In this document: piece by piece, positions 42,867 to 57,405 of the stretch
Numbering within the stretch: position 1 is the stretch's first letter
How the letters are laid out: every line of letters starts with the position of its first letter
Notes under the pieces: model-generated
The model's database searches: none
Seen by the model: the letters and a program-made list of their open reading frames with translations, nothing else
What the model was told of the DNA's origin: nothing
Made by a program: the position numbers and the translations under genes
NCBI GenBank assembly: GCA_000004695.1
Contig: CM000151.3
Location: 5,344,001-5,408,000 of the forward strand
Direction: 5' to 3'
Length of the DNA stretch: 64,000 bases
From: Dictyostelium discoideum
Lineage: Eukaryota

Positions 42867-44022
42867 GCCACAACAACAACAACAACCACAACAAAATAAT
42901 TATTTGTCAATAAAAATTGTTAATAATCCATCGTTATCATCATTTTCAACTTTTGGTAAACTTACACCAAAACAAACACTTGAGAGAAATGATGTTGGAG
43001 AAAAAAATAATACAAATGAAGTTTTGGATACTAATTTTATTAAAAATTCTTTAAATTCAACACAAACTGGTGTATTGTTGGCACCATCTTTCAAAGCTAC
43101 AATGTCAGATTTTGGAAATAATAGAGTTGTTTCAAAAGATACAGAAACCGATGAAATAAAAGATGTTGTTGAAGCAAATAGTAAAAAGGAAGAATCTACC
43201 TCACAAGTTGTTCAAATTGAATTGGCTGCTAATAATAATAATAATGATAATAACAATAATACTAAAAGTGATAATGAAAATCAAATTGAAGAAAGTCAAA
43301 CAAATTTACAACCATTCAATGACGATAATGATGATAATAAAGGTGGCCATGATAATCAATTAAAATCGTCAAATGGTTCATCTTTTAGTAAAACTGAGCT
43401 TTCAACATTAATTGAAACCATTGAATCATTACCAACAATACCACAAACTGTAACAATACAACACACTAAAACAACATCATCATCACCAAAACAACAACAA
43501 TTAGGTTCACAACTTTCAATTAACACCTTAAAATCAATATCTCCACCAGTTCCCCCAAGAACCTATCTTCAACAACCACAACAACCACAACAACAGCAAA
43601 CTAAACCAATAACAATTTCTCCAATAAACACCAATAGCATTAATAATAATAATAATAATGGTTGTAGTGGTGAGCAACAACAACAACCAAATTCACCAAA
43701 ATGGGTATATGGTAGTTCAAGACATAGATTAAATGGATCAGGTTCATCATCGGTTAATAGTGATACATTAACAGATTCTAGTGATTCTTATTCAAGTGGA
43801 ATTAGTAGTTCACCATCATCATCATCATCATCTTCTTCTTCTACCATTTCAACAACTAATAATGAAAAACCAGTAAATGGTAAAATTAAATTAAGAAATC
43901 ATATTTGGAGAAGATCAAATATGGGTGATAATAATTTAACATCAAGTGGTAATCATCCAAGATCTTCAACTGATCCATCTTCATATATTTTTGGTACAAA
44001 TACTATTGTTTCATTAGATTCA

Positions 44023-44053
<31 letters not shown>

Positions 44054-44804
44054 GTTCAAATAACCAATCACCACCAGATTCAATAACAAATTCATCAAGT
44101 GTAAAACATAGGTCAACCTTTCCAGGTTCCTTACCTGATATTAATTCAATTACAAATACTAGTTGTGGAATAGCACAAAATATATCATCAGCACAACAAC
44201 AACAACAGCAACAACAAAGAAAAAATAGTATTCAAAGACAATTTTCACATATTATATCGGCACCAATTTTAACATCAACCATAGTTTTAGGATCACAACC
44301 AACTCCATCAAATTCAATTTTAATTTTCGATGAAAATGGTATGGAAAAATCAATTTTTAATATTGATAATCCAAAATCATTATTTAGAAGTACAAGTAAT
44401 CATGGTTTTGTTACAAATAATACAAATGCTACATTAAAGGAAAGAATTGATTTAGAAAATCCTGGAAAAGTTAAAAAAGTTAAAGAATTATTAAAAAATT
44501 ATAGAGAGAAAATCATTACTTTAATTAATAAAGTTTATAAAGATACTGAATCAGTATTGGATAGTAGAAAACAATTTTTAAAAAAATATGAAAAAAGAAT
44601 TAAAGAGTATATGGATAATCATCAATTTGAACTTTCAAAATTATATAGAGAATATTATTGTCAAAAAATTTTAACAAAAGAAATGGAAATTCAATTAAGT
44701 AGTGAAAGAATTGAATTTTTAAAATTAAAATTAATTGATATTGGTAATTTAATTAAACTTTTAGAAGATTATTTTTATGATGGTACAACTTCTTCAACTG
44801 TAAA

Positions 44805-44846
<42 letters not shown>

Positions 44847-46751
44847 TTCTTCTTCTTCAACAAATAGTAATAATAATAATAATAATTGTAATATTAATTC
44901 AAGTGGTCATATATCATTAACATTTGGTTCACCACCAATTTCAGGTTTATTAAATAGTTATAATAATAATTCACCAAATTCTTTACCATCATCACAACAA
45001 TTATTAACTCCAACTGCAATTTCAATACAAAAGAAAAACATCATAGTTTATTCTTCTTTCTTTTTAAAAACTGATACATTATTAAACAAAAATAATTATA
45101 TTTTAAATACTCGTAAAAGATTAAAAGTAAGTTTTATAATATATTAAATAATAATAATAACTAATAATTATAATAATAATAATAATAATAATAATTAATA
45201 TTTTTTTTTTTATTTTTTTATTTTTAGTACCTTTATGAAAATATTAAAAAGTTTAAATTGAATTATAAAATTTATTATTTAAATATTTATCAAATGGAGA
45301 ATATGGAAAAGAGAGAATCAAAATTAAAGAGTATGTTATCACGTGTAAAGAGAAGTAAAGAGATAACATTTTTATTACCATGGGATCAAAATCAAGATAT
45401 TCAAAGTGAATTCTCTGTGATGATGTGGGATACTAGATTTATAGAGGGTAGACAAATTAGACAATTAATTAATATCATATCTGAAGATTGTACAAACCAA
45501 AGAAAAATTAAACCAATTGATATTGAAGTATTTGTTGAAAAGTTTTGTGAACATTTAATATCAAATTACCATTTAGTTACAAAACCATCACCACCACCAC
45601 AATCAACTACTTCCACACCAACTCCAATTAATTCATCATCCTCAAATTCATCGTCATCATTATCGTCGTCGTCATCATCGTCGTCGTCCACACCAAATGA
45701 TTTCATTTCAAATCATAATTATAATGCAACTAAAAATGGTTTAACAAAATCACAATCTCAATTAAATATTCAATTACCACCACCACCACCATTAACCTAT
45801 GAAGAATTATTAACAAATTATCAAACTCAGTATACTCAAACTTTTGAAGCTTTATCTCAATTATTTAAAAGAAGTTTTTATTCAGAAATTTATCCATTAT
45901 TAAAGATTATACTAGCAAATGAAGTAGACAATAATGCAATTAAATTTGATCTAGATCTTCAAAGAAAAGTTGAACAATATAAAGGTCAAACATTAAAAGA
46001 ATTGAATATGCTTCCATCCAATTTCCCTGATGATTATGATTGGACATTCCTTTATGCAAATGGTAAAAATCCATTTGAAACTTCAATTTCAATTTTAAAT
46101 GATTTAGCTTTCCTTACTGCTCCAATTGATTTAGTTCATTGTATTCAACAATCTGTTAGCTCAATCTATACAACTTGTAATGAAATTTTAAATAATATCA
46201 CCTTTGGTACAAATTATCAAAAAGTTTTAGAAAATTCTTCTTTATTAAAATGCACAAGAGGTGGTGGTGGTGGTGGAAATGGTAGTAATAGAGATTTATT
46301 AGAAAAATCAGATTCAAATAATAATTCATCTTCTTCATTATCATATTCATCTTCAGAGAATAATTTATCAAATCAAATTAATAATAATAATAATATTAAC
46401 AATGATAATAATAATAATAATAATGACACTAATATTAATGATGGTGGTGGTCATCATGATACAATTTTAATTGGAATTCAATCACATCCTCAATTAATTC
46501 AACAAGTTCAACAAGCTCAAAAAGAACAAGTTAAAAAAGAAATTAATCGTACAATGCCATCACATTCATTAAGTGCTGATGATTTATTCCCAGTTTTTAT
46601 TTATGTTGTAATGAATAGTGATATTATTGGTCATTCTGGTTTACTTTCTGCAATAATTGAACATTTCTCAACTGAAATGGAAACAAGTGGTGAATTTGGT
46701 TGGTGTTCTGTTTCTTTCCAGGCTGCAATATCTCATCTTAAAAATTTGTAA
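41395..46751 (+). CDS. large low-complexity protein with C-terminal VPS9 (Rab5-GEF-like) domain, 2 exons: 41395..45126, 45228..46751
   Basis: Exon 1 is a 1244-codon S/N/Q/T-rich ORF ending ...NTRKRLK in phase 0 before GTAAGT (45127). A 101-bp intron ends at ttttAG (45226-45227), preceded by an in-frame stop. Exon 2 (the track start is a TTG) carries a VPS9 core near its end: SADDLFPVFIYVVMNSDIIGHSGLLSAIIEHFSTEMETSGEFGWCSVSFQAAISHLKNL. Exon 1 contains a ~300-bp (CCACAA)n/(CAA)n block encoding (PQ)n and poly-Q. Confidence 0.7.
42598..42895 (+). repeat. coding hexanucleotide (CCACAA)n then pure (CAA)n: (PQ)~25 followed by poly-Gln ~40
   Basis: Direct reading within the VPS9-domain gene. Confidence 0.9.
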
Positions 46752-46944
46752 ATTATTTTTATTTTTAAAATTATTTTTTTTTTTTTTTTTTTTTTTTTTT
46801 TATTTCTTATAATAATAAATAAATAAATAAATAAATAAATTAAAAAATTATTTTATTGACAAAAAAAAATATAGATTGTTGAGAAAATTCTTAAAAAAAA
46901 TCCAGATATTTTTAAAAAAAATGGAAAAAATTTTTAAAAAAAAA

Positions 46945-46982
<38 letters not shown>

Positions 46983-47056
46983 TTTTGTGGTTTTTTAATA
47001 TTTTTTTTTTGTTTTTTTTTTTTTTTTTTAATTAACTTTACAAAAAGTTATGTGAG

Positions 47057-47088
<32 letters not shown>

Positions 47089-47098
47089 AAGAAATAAA

Positions 47099-48406
47099 AT
47101 GGATTATAAATGGGAAACTGATGAAAAGAATTTATTTGATTATCATTTTAGAGTAGGTGATTATGTATCAATAAGAGGTGGAAATGGTGATTTAAAACTT
47201 GCAAAAGTTGAACAAGTAAAGGATGCAAGACTTTGGGTAAAACTTGTAAATTTTGGAGATAACTCTCACCGTACTAGACATAGAGGTTATAGATGGGGAT
47301 ATCGTATGAGTGAATCTAGTACATTTTTAGTAACAGCTCAAGATTTTATAAAGAAAGGTTATCCATTATATAAAAAAAAAGTTGAAGAAATTAAAGAAAG
47401 ACACAAAAATTTTCATCAAGATTGTGTAAACTATAATGCCGAACATGGAAATCCACAAAAAATAAAGAAACCATCATATACAAAATTAATTAGAAAGAAA
47501 TTAAATGAATCAGAAGCTCCAGTTGAATATCAAAGTATTTATAATTATTTTACACCAAATATACGTAGTGGAAGAGCTATTTCCAATCATATAAACAATG
47601 ATAGTAGTTGGAGTTATAGTAAAAGAAAAGAAGAATCTGAATCAGAGGAAGAAGATGAACAATATGAAATTAAGATATTAACAGAAGAAGAGTACCAACA
47701 AATCGTTGAAAAAATGTCATATAATAAATTTTTAAATCAATTTATTAAACAAGAACAAATTGATAGAGAATTAAAAATTGAAAAATCTACAAATAATTCC
47801 AACAATAAAAACTCTAAAATCAAAACTTTTGAAATTAATGATAAAAGAGTTAAAAGATTTGCTATGAAATATATTAAACCTGAAGATTTAGAACAAAGAT
47901 TAAATCAAAAAATAAATAATAATAATGATTCAAAACAAGAACAAGAAGAATTAGAACAAGAAGAAGTTGAACAAAATCATTTTGAATATAATAATAATTA
48001 TATTGATAATGATAATTATTATTATTATAATGATAATAATCAAGATGGATTGTATAATAATCAAGTTTATCAAGAAGAAGTTTATTATATTGAACCAGAA
48101 GAACTTGTAACATTTGATGATTATAATAATCAATCTTTTGATTATAATTCAGACAAAGTTGGTAGTGGTAGTAGTAGTGGTGATGGAAAAGTGGAAAATG
48201 ATAAAATTATTTTCAAACAAAATGAAATATTTAAAAAACTTGAAAAAGAATTACATGTTTCAACCAATCACTATTATAATGAAGATTATGAAAGATTAAT
48301 AAATACATTTAATTCTGGTTTCATTTTACAAGATGAACTTCATCAAAGAAGAATGGATTTATTACGTGATCATTTTAATATTGATCTTTCTAAATTCCAG
48401 ATTTAA
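47099..48406 (+). CDS. hypothetical charged protein (435 aa), no recognisable domain
   Basis: Single ORF from ATG to TAA with protein-like composition (MDYKWETDEKNLFDYHFRVGDYVSIRGGNGDLKLAKVEQVKDARLWVKL...). No family recognised. Confidence 0.6.
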   Translation: MDYKWETDEKNLFDYHFRVGDYVSIRGGNGDLKLAKVEQVKDARLWVKLVNFGDNSHRTRHRGYRWGYRMSESSTFLVTAQDFIKKGYPLYKKKVEEIKERHKNFHQDCVNYNAEHGNPQKIKKPSYTKLIRKKLNESEAPVEYQSIYNYFTPNIRSGRAISNHINNDSSWSYSKRKEESESEEEDEQYEIKILTEEEYQQIVEKMSYNKFLNQFIKQEQIDRELKIEKSTNNSNNKNSKIKTFEINDKRVKRFAMKYIKPEDLEQRLNQKINNNNDSKQEQEELEQEEVEQNHFEYNNNYIDNDNYYYYNDNNQDGLYNNQVYQEEVYYIEPEELVTFDDYNNQSFDYNSDKVGSGSSSGDGKVENDKIIFKQNEIFKKLEKELHVSTNHYYNEDYERLINTFNSGFILQDELHQRRMDLLRDHFNIDLSKFQI

Positions 48407-48650
48407 GAAAAATTAATTTCAATAAATAATAAAAATACAAATTATTTTTTTTTTTTCTATTTTAAATTTACAAAATAAAAAGACAATAAATGGTGTGTTT
48501 TTTTTTTTTATTTTTTTTATTTTTTTATAAATATTTTTTTCATTTAATTTTTTAAATCTTGTGTTTAAAAATAAATAAATATATATTTATACATTATTGA
48601 AAACAGTGTTTTGAAATTATATTTTAATTATAAAAAAATATAAAAATAGA

Positions 48651-49822
48651 ATGAATAAATGTAATATATTATTATTATTTTTATTTATATTTTATCAATT
48701 TATAAAAATAATAAAATCAAGTTATGAATGTGAATTATTAAATACAGATTTATGTTTATCAGCATATCCAAATTGTTTACCATTATTTTTAAATAGCTGT
48801 TGCCCTGGTCAAATGGGTATTTGTTCAACAATGGATAGTGCAGTTAAATATGGAGATGAAAAATCAAAAAATGTAACAGGTTGTCTTAGACACATTCAAT
48901 CAGGTGTTGTTTATGAATTATATGGTCCAATAGATAGTATGGTTGGTTTTGAATTTTTTCCAACTCCAAATAGTATGAAATAATTAAAAAATAAATAAAT
49001 AATAATAACAATAAAATTTAATTAATATTAACTATTTTTATTTTACTTTAATAAAAAAATAAAAAAAAATAAGAAACTTGCGAAGATTTAGGATGTAAAA
49101 ATAAAGGATTAGAATGTTTAATTGAACCAATTGAAAAATGTGAAACAATTTTAAAATCACCATGTTGTGTTTCTGAACCAAAGTGTAATCAAAATAGTAA
49201 GCTATTATTAACCAATGTTACCTATGGTAATGGTAATTGTGATTCATCATGTCCACCAGAATTTAATTGTAGATTCATTGGAGATGTACAACAATGTTTA
49301 CCGTCGAGATGTGGTTTAGTTGAATGTCCACAAGGTACAGAGTGTAAACCATTGGATGGATTAGATATTGTATCATGTTTTAAAACAATTTTACCAGTAC
49401 CAAGTAATCAGAGTGTAACATGTGACCAAATCAAATGCCCAGATCAATTCTATTGTGGCAAAGGTATTTTCTCAGATGCAGATTGTATACCATTGAATAT
49501 TGACTTAATAGGTCGTGAATTTGATTGTAATCTTTGTCCCACCGATTGGAAATGTGATAAATTTGGGTGGGGTGGTTTATGTATTGAATGGAAACCATTT
49601 AGTCCTGGTGATGGTGAGCCTTGTTTAGGTGGTGTATGTTTATTCAATCAATATTGTAATACTACAAGTCAACAATGTGAATTTCCAAAATGTGATGACG
49701 CAACTTGCCATAAAGGAATGAGTTGTATTCAATATCAAGTATCTCATCCAAGAGTTTGTGCAACTACAAATGTAATACCTTTTACTTCATTACCTGATTC
49801 ATTAGTACCATATACAAAATAA
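48651..49822 (+). CDS. secreted cysteine-rich protein, 2 exons: 48651..48972, 49074..49822
   Basis: Exon 1 is a signal peptide (MNKCNILLLFLFIFYQFIKIIKS) plus a Cys-rich region. It ends in phase 1 (…FEFFPTPN + A) at GTATGA (48973). A 101-bp intron ends at taAG (49072-49073), immediately preceded by an in-frame TAA. Exon 2 is open from 49074 in the matching phase (…K TCEDLGCKNKGLECLIEPIEKCETILKSPCCVSEPKC…). It carries ~40 cysteines in CxxC/CxC spacings to TAA at 49822. The ORF-track fragment 49352.. begins at an internal TTG. Confidence 0.55.
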
Positions 49823-49904
49823 TAAAAAAAAATAATAAAAAATAAATAAAAAAAAAACTATAATTATTTATTATATTAAAAAAACTCTTTTTATTAATAA
49901 TATT

Positions 49905-51542
49905 TTAATTTAAATTAATAGTTTTTCTAATATCATCAAAACTTGATGAATTTACAATTTCAAATCTTTTATAATTAAATTTTAATAATATTGGTTCTAA
50001 TAATTTTGAAATTTCATTTGATGATAAATAATTTTGAATTTCATTTGAAAAAGATTTTGAATGAGGTGATGATAATTTTGAAACTAGTGGTGGCATTGCT
50101 GAAGGTCCTAAAGTTTTAATTATTTTAATATCATTTTCTAATGAAATTCTATTATTTAATAATTCAGTATCTAAAACTGTTGAATCAATTGAAGCAATTA
50201 ATTTATCATTTACTTGTGAAGATTTAATTGATTCAATTGAATTTAAATGTGAACCTGTAAAAATTGAATTTTTAAAATAATTTTCAATTGATAAAGTTTG
50301 ATGATTGTTTATTAAATGACTATTTAAAATTTGATAACCTGAAAATGAATCTTTACCATTATGAATAAATGTTAAATCTTTTGAAAGTTCATTAATTGTA
50401 CTTTGATTTTTAACAATTAAATTACTGAAATAAATTGGTTTATTTTGATAATGATCTTCAATTCTAACTGGTGAAACCAATGGTGATAATAATTTTGGAC
50501 CTGCATTTACAAATGCTAAACCACACATAAATGCAAAATCAACACCATATTCAACCATTAATTTATGTGGTGGTTCATTAATTAATTCTCCTGCATTTTC
50601 AGATTGATTAATTAATGAATAAATATCAATTAATTTTGTAGAAACTTTTAATTTTTTACCAATTTCATTTACAATCTCTTTAAAGAATTCAAAAGAATTT
50701 GGACTTAGGAAAGATGCAAAGCTCAATTCTTTATATTCTCTTAATGCTCTTAAATTAACTTTACCATCTGGTGTGAATGAATAATACTTTGTTCTTATGA
50801 AATTAATATCTAATTGGTCGTGTTGATAAAGTTGGAAATATTCTGATAAACATTCAGCTGGAATTGAGATTTGAGCATTATGAATTCTAACCATATGATA
50901 ATAAAGTGGTGATAAATATTGATTGGCGTCTCTATGAACAGTATGACGTCTCCATTCATTTACCACTTCAAAATTTTCAATAATTACAATATTTGCATAA
51001 TTATCGTCAATTGTATTTGGAAGATGGGATAAAAGTTCTTGGGATTTTGGTTTTTCTTTTTGAATTGTTACATAACCAATAATTGATGGAAATTCAGGAA
51101 GTATTGAAACCAATGCATCGTCACTTGTAATAATTTCATTTAACTTGGATTTAGCATCAAAACTTTTAGTACCAAAGAATCCTACACAACAATAATTTTT
51201 CATTTCTAATGCTTTTTCATAATTATTGATAATGCATCTTAATTTTTCATTTCCATCTAATTGGACATTAAAATGTGGTCTATCTTTATTTTTTTTGTCA
51301 GATAATGGTTTCATTTTTGAGAGTCTCATAAATTCTACAAAATATGATAACATTAATTTCATTAATCCTTTATCTTCTTTTGTATAATATGGATCTGTCA
51401 ATGGATGTCCTTCAACTTTATCATTATCTGATAATAATAAAACATCTGGTAATTCATATTTTATTGATGTTGGTGTTGTTTCAATTATTTTATTTAAATT
51501 ATTTTTTTTATTATCAGAATAAATATGATAATTTGTTTCCAT
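49905..51542 (-). CDS. hypothetical protein (545 aa), no recognisable domain
   Basis: Single minus-strand ORF with ATG start (METNYHIYSDNKKNNL...), moderate complexity and no repeats. Family not recognised. Confidence 0.6.
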   Translation of the reverse strand: METNYHIYSDNKKNNLNKIIETTPTSIKYELPDVLLLSDNDKVEGHPLTDPYYTKEDKGLMKLMLSYFVEFMRLSKMKPLSDKKNKDRPHFNVQLDGNEKLRCIINNYEKALEMKNYCCVGFFGTKSFDAKSKLNEIITSDDALVSILPEFPSIIGYVTIQKEKPKSQELLSHLPNTIDDNYANIVIIENFEVVNEWRRHTVHRDANQYLSPLYYHMVRIHNAQISIPAECLSEYFQLYQHDQLDINFIRTKYYSFTPDGKVNLRALREYKELSFASFLSPNSFEFFKEIVNEIGKKLKVSTKLIDIYSLINQSENAGELINEPPHKLMVEYGVDFAFMCGLAFVNAGPKLLSPLVSPVRIEDHYQNKPIYFSNLIVKNQSTINELSKDLTFIHNGKDSFSGYQILNSHLINNHQTLSIENYFKNSIFTGSHLNSIESIKSSQVNDKLIASIDSTVLDTELLNNRISLENDIKIIKTLGPSAMPPLVSKLSSPHSKSFSNEIQNYLSSNEISKLLEPILLKFNYKRFEIVNSSSFDDIRKTINLN

Positions 51543-51588
51543 TATTTATTTTTAAATTATTGATTTGAAAAAATAAAAAAAACTATTG

Positions 51589-51623
<35 letters not shown>

Positions 51624-51985
51624 ATTGTATTAAAAAAAAAAAAAAAAAAATGCCACTGCGGAGGTGAAAAGATTTTTTTTTTTTTTTTTTTTTTTCATTT
51701 TGATTTTCCTGGTCAAAGATTCCACAAAATGGTCTAACTGCAAATAATGAGTCATTTTTCAATTGAAAAAAAAAAATAGGTCAAAAAAAAATATAAATAA
51801 ATAAATTGTTTTCAGAGTATTATTATAATACTCTAAAAACAATTTTTGATTGAAACTCCTTTAACCTTTACTTAAATAATTTTTATTAGTTTTTTTTTTT
51901 TTTTTTTAAATATGTTTGATTTCAGAGTACACACTTTACACTAAAAAAGATTTAATATTAATTTAAATAAAATATTTATTTAAAA

Positions 51986-52017
<32 letters not shown>

Positions 52018-52095
52018 TTTTTTTTTTTATAAATATAAATATCTATGATGTTGCTTTTCATAATCCATACCCAAATTTAATAACGCCATTCATAG

Positions 52096-52140
<45 letters not shown>

Positions 52141-52433
52141 TTTGGTGGAAAAAGTAAATTATTTTTTATTTTGATTTTTTTTTTTTTTTGATTTTTATTT
52201 TTTTATTTTTTTTATTTTTTTTAAAATATTTTATTTTTTTATTTTTTATTTTTTTTAAAAACAATACATATTTTCATATACAATAACCAGGTTGTTATTG
52301 TTGTTTTTATTTTATTTTATTTTTATTTTTATTTATTTATTTATTTATTTTTGTGTGTTTTTGTGTGTTTTTTCACACATATCTATTATTAGTAATTCTA
52401 TTTTTATTGAAGTGTTCATAAATATCAAAATTA

Positions 52434-52495
<62 letters not shown>

Positions 52496-52882
52496 GTATA
52501 GAAAAATATTTTCACAGAACCCCCAAACACACAGCCAAATTTTTCATATCCATTTTTGTAATTATAAATAAAAAATTTTTTTTTAATTTTTTTTTTATAT
52601 TTTTTTTTTTGTTTTTTTATTTGGACAACCTCACAACAAAACAGAATCTTTTTTACAAAAAAAAAAAAAAAAAAATTAAAAAAATTAAAAAAATTTAAAA
52701 AATAAAAAATAAATAAGGCAAAAGGAAAAAGAAAAAGAAAAATTTTAAACCAATATAAAAAGTAAAGAGATTACGTTGGTTATCAATCTCTGTATCATTC
52801 AGAATTATTAAAAAAAGGATTGTAGTAATAAATTCATATACACCCATTTCCAAAAATAAAAAAAATAAAAATAAAAAAAATT

Positions 52883-52985
<103 letters not shown>

Positions 52986-53155
52986 TATTAAATATTTGTA
53001 ATATAAATATCCTTTTTGTTACTTTTATTTAATACAAAAAAAATTTCCTTTTAAAAAAAAAAAAATATATAATAAATATATAATAATAAAATAAAATAAA
53101 TAAAATTTTTTTTAAAAAAAAAAATAAAATAAAAAAATAAAATAAAATATCAACA

Positions 53156-55539
<2,384 letters not shown>

Positions 55540-55824
55540 TTGTAGTAATAATTAAAAAAATATATAAAAAAATAATAAATAATAATAATAATAATACTAA
55601 TAATAAAATTAAAAATATAACAACACGTAATAAATAAAAATAAAAGCAATGACAATATTTTCTAATAAACACAGAATTCATAAATTTTTTATATCTTTCT
55701 AATTTAAATAATTTTTTAAAACTATTAAATATATATATATATCTAATTTTGATTTTTTCAAAGTGATAATAATATTATCAAATAGGAAATTTAATTTTTA
55801 AAACTTACCTAATTTTACAAATCT

Positions 55825-56104
55825 TTAGTGAATTATTTGAGTTTTATCACATTGACGAGCACCAAAAGTGGAAATAATACAAGATAATGGTGTTGGAGTT
55901 ATCTCTTCAACACAATTATAATAGGAGGTTAAATTTGAATTTGTTGAACAACCAATTGGAAAAGTGGTAGTTGTATTTAGAATTGAACATTCGAAATCGC
56001 CAAAACTACTAACAAATACATTTTGGTTTTCAATATCACAATTGTACATATATCCATCAATACGATAATAATCTATTGAATCTTCATTGGCTAACTTTTG
56101 ATAA
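55825..56104 (-). CDS. possible terminal exon of a Cys-containing protein (open frame NYQKLANEDSIDYYRIDGYMYNCDIENQ...CDKTQIIH*), upstream exons not found
   Basis: The minus-strand frame is open from an AG (tttAG|AAT at plus ~56105, preceded by an in-frame stop) to TAA at 55825. No ATG-initiated upstream exon could be identified. This may be a real 3' exon or chance. Confidence 0.2.
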
Positions 56105-56727
56105 TTCTAAACTTGTAATTCTAGATTATATTAACATTTTTTTTTGGAAATAAAGATCAAACCGTTTTATTGAATTAAACAACTTTAAAAAAAATCAGTT
56201 TATGGTTAAATAGATGTTTCAAATAATAAAGTCGTAGTTTCTTATATGAATTGGTCGAAGGGATAATATTTGGAAGAAATGATTCTGGAATACAATATAC
56301 TTTACAAGCTAATTTCCTTAATTCAATTATTTATTTATGGAAATCATTATGGTCTATAAAATTGCTACGGTCTTTTGAGAGTGTACATAAAGAAACATAA
56401 TTGCATTAATAATTCATCAATCAATTGTATAGTGACTAACCATCAAAAAATGAAACACTCGTACCCAATTCTAATAAATAAATAGTACAAACTAATTATA
56501 GAATACAGAAAAAAGATTTAAAATTAACACCATAGTTTACACATTTATATTCCCATTTAAAGTATTCGAATGTGGAATCTAAGATTTAAGTGGTCTATAT
56601 TAAATCTCATGATCCATGAGAACAGAGTTTTAAATTTTAGAAAAATTGATCCACAATTACTCTTTTGGGTAAAATTGAGCTCGGAATGGTGGTAATGTGA
56701 AAATCACCCAGACGCGTTTATATATGG

Positions 56728-56757
56728 GAGTCGAACCGACGACCTCGTGGTCGTCGG
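56728..56757 (-). promoter_or_regulatory. external B box (GGTTCGACTCC on the minus strand) ~34 bp downstream of tRNA-Lys, overlapping a perfect 9-bp inverted repeat (CCGACGACC-tcgt-GGTCGTCGG)
   Basis: Reverse complement of plus 56728-56738 reads GGTTCGACTCC, a match to the Pol III B-box consensus GGTTCGANTCC. Dictyostelium tRNA genes characteristically carry an extra B box 20-40 bp downstream. The hairpin was read directly. Confidence 0.5.
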
Positions 56758-56771
56758 TTTAAAAATAAATT

Positions 56772-56844
56772 CGCCCAACGGGGGGCTCGAACCCCCGACC
56801 ACCAGATTAAGAGTCTGGCGCTCTACCGACTGAGCTAGCCGGGC
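56772..56844 (-). tRNA. tRNA-Lys(CUU): tRNA-Lys (anticodon CUU), 73 nt
   Basis: Minus-strand sequence GCCCGGCTAGCTCAGTCGGTAGAGCGCCAGACTCTTAATCTGGTGGTCGGGGGTTCGAGCCCCCCGTTGGGCG. It has a 7-bp acceptor stem (with two G-U pairs), a D-arm AGCTCAGTCGGTAGAGC, an anticodon loop CTCTTAA (anticodon CTT) and a T-arm GGGGGTTCGAGCCCCC. It is near-identical to metazoan tRNA-Lys-CTT. CCA is not encoded. Confidence 0.9.
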
Positions 56845-57264
56845 ATTTTATGAAATTTTTATTTTAATTACAAAAATTTGTCGGAAATATTTTTTTTATA
56901 AATAAGATCAACCAAGAGTAAATTAAACTATTAATCCACATTTTGACAGAAATTTTAAAAAAATCCAAAAAACATCAACAATGTTATAAAATTAAAATAA
57001 GAAACCAAAATTTTCATTATTTTTTATTTTTTTGAATTAAATTTATAAAAATTAATTTTTTATTAATTTGAATTAAATTTATTTAAATTAATAAAAATTA
57101 GACAAAAAAAAAAAAAGAAATATTTATGGAAAATTAAAAAAAAAAATTAGACCAAAGAAAAGAAATATTTATGGAAAATAAAAAAATTAACTCTGTAAAT
57201 TTCTGTTTTTAACCACTACCAAATATTTCGTTTTTAAAAGCAATAAAACTCAAAAAAATTACAA

Positions 57265-57301
<37 letters not shown>

Positions 57302-57405
57302 AATTTTTTATTTTTTTTTTTTTTTTTCATTTTTTTAAATTTGGAGGAACAAACACACAAATAATATTTAAATCACCTCAACATATATATATATAACTAG
57401 TAAAA

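Noticed and set aside
42530-42913. Three overlapping ORFs on both strands over the (CCACAA)n/(CAA)n block, and similar ones at 39935..40303, 26338..26901, 24202..24468, 18496..18991
   Set aside because: These are frame-shifted or antisense readings (poly-V, poly-L, H/N repeats) of coding microsatellites belonging to the annotated genes.
56727-56760. Possible second, degenerate tRNA 3' half (GGTCGTCGGTTCGACTCCC resembles a T-arm)
   Set aside because: No matching acceptor or anticodon arms. The sequence is better explained as the external B box typical downstream of Dictyostelium tRNA genes.
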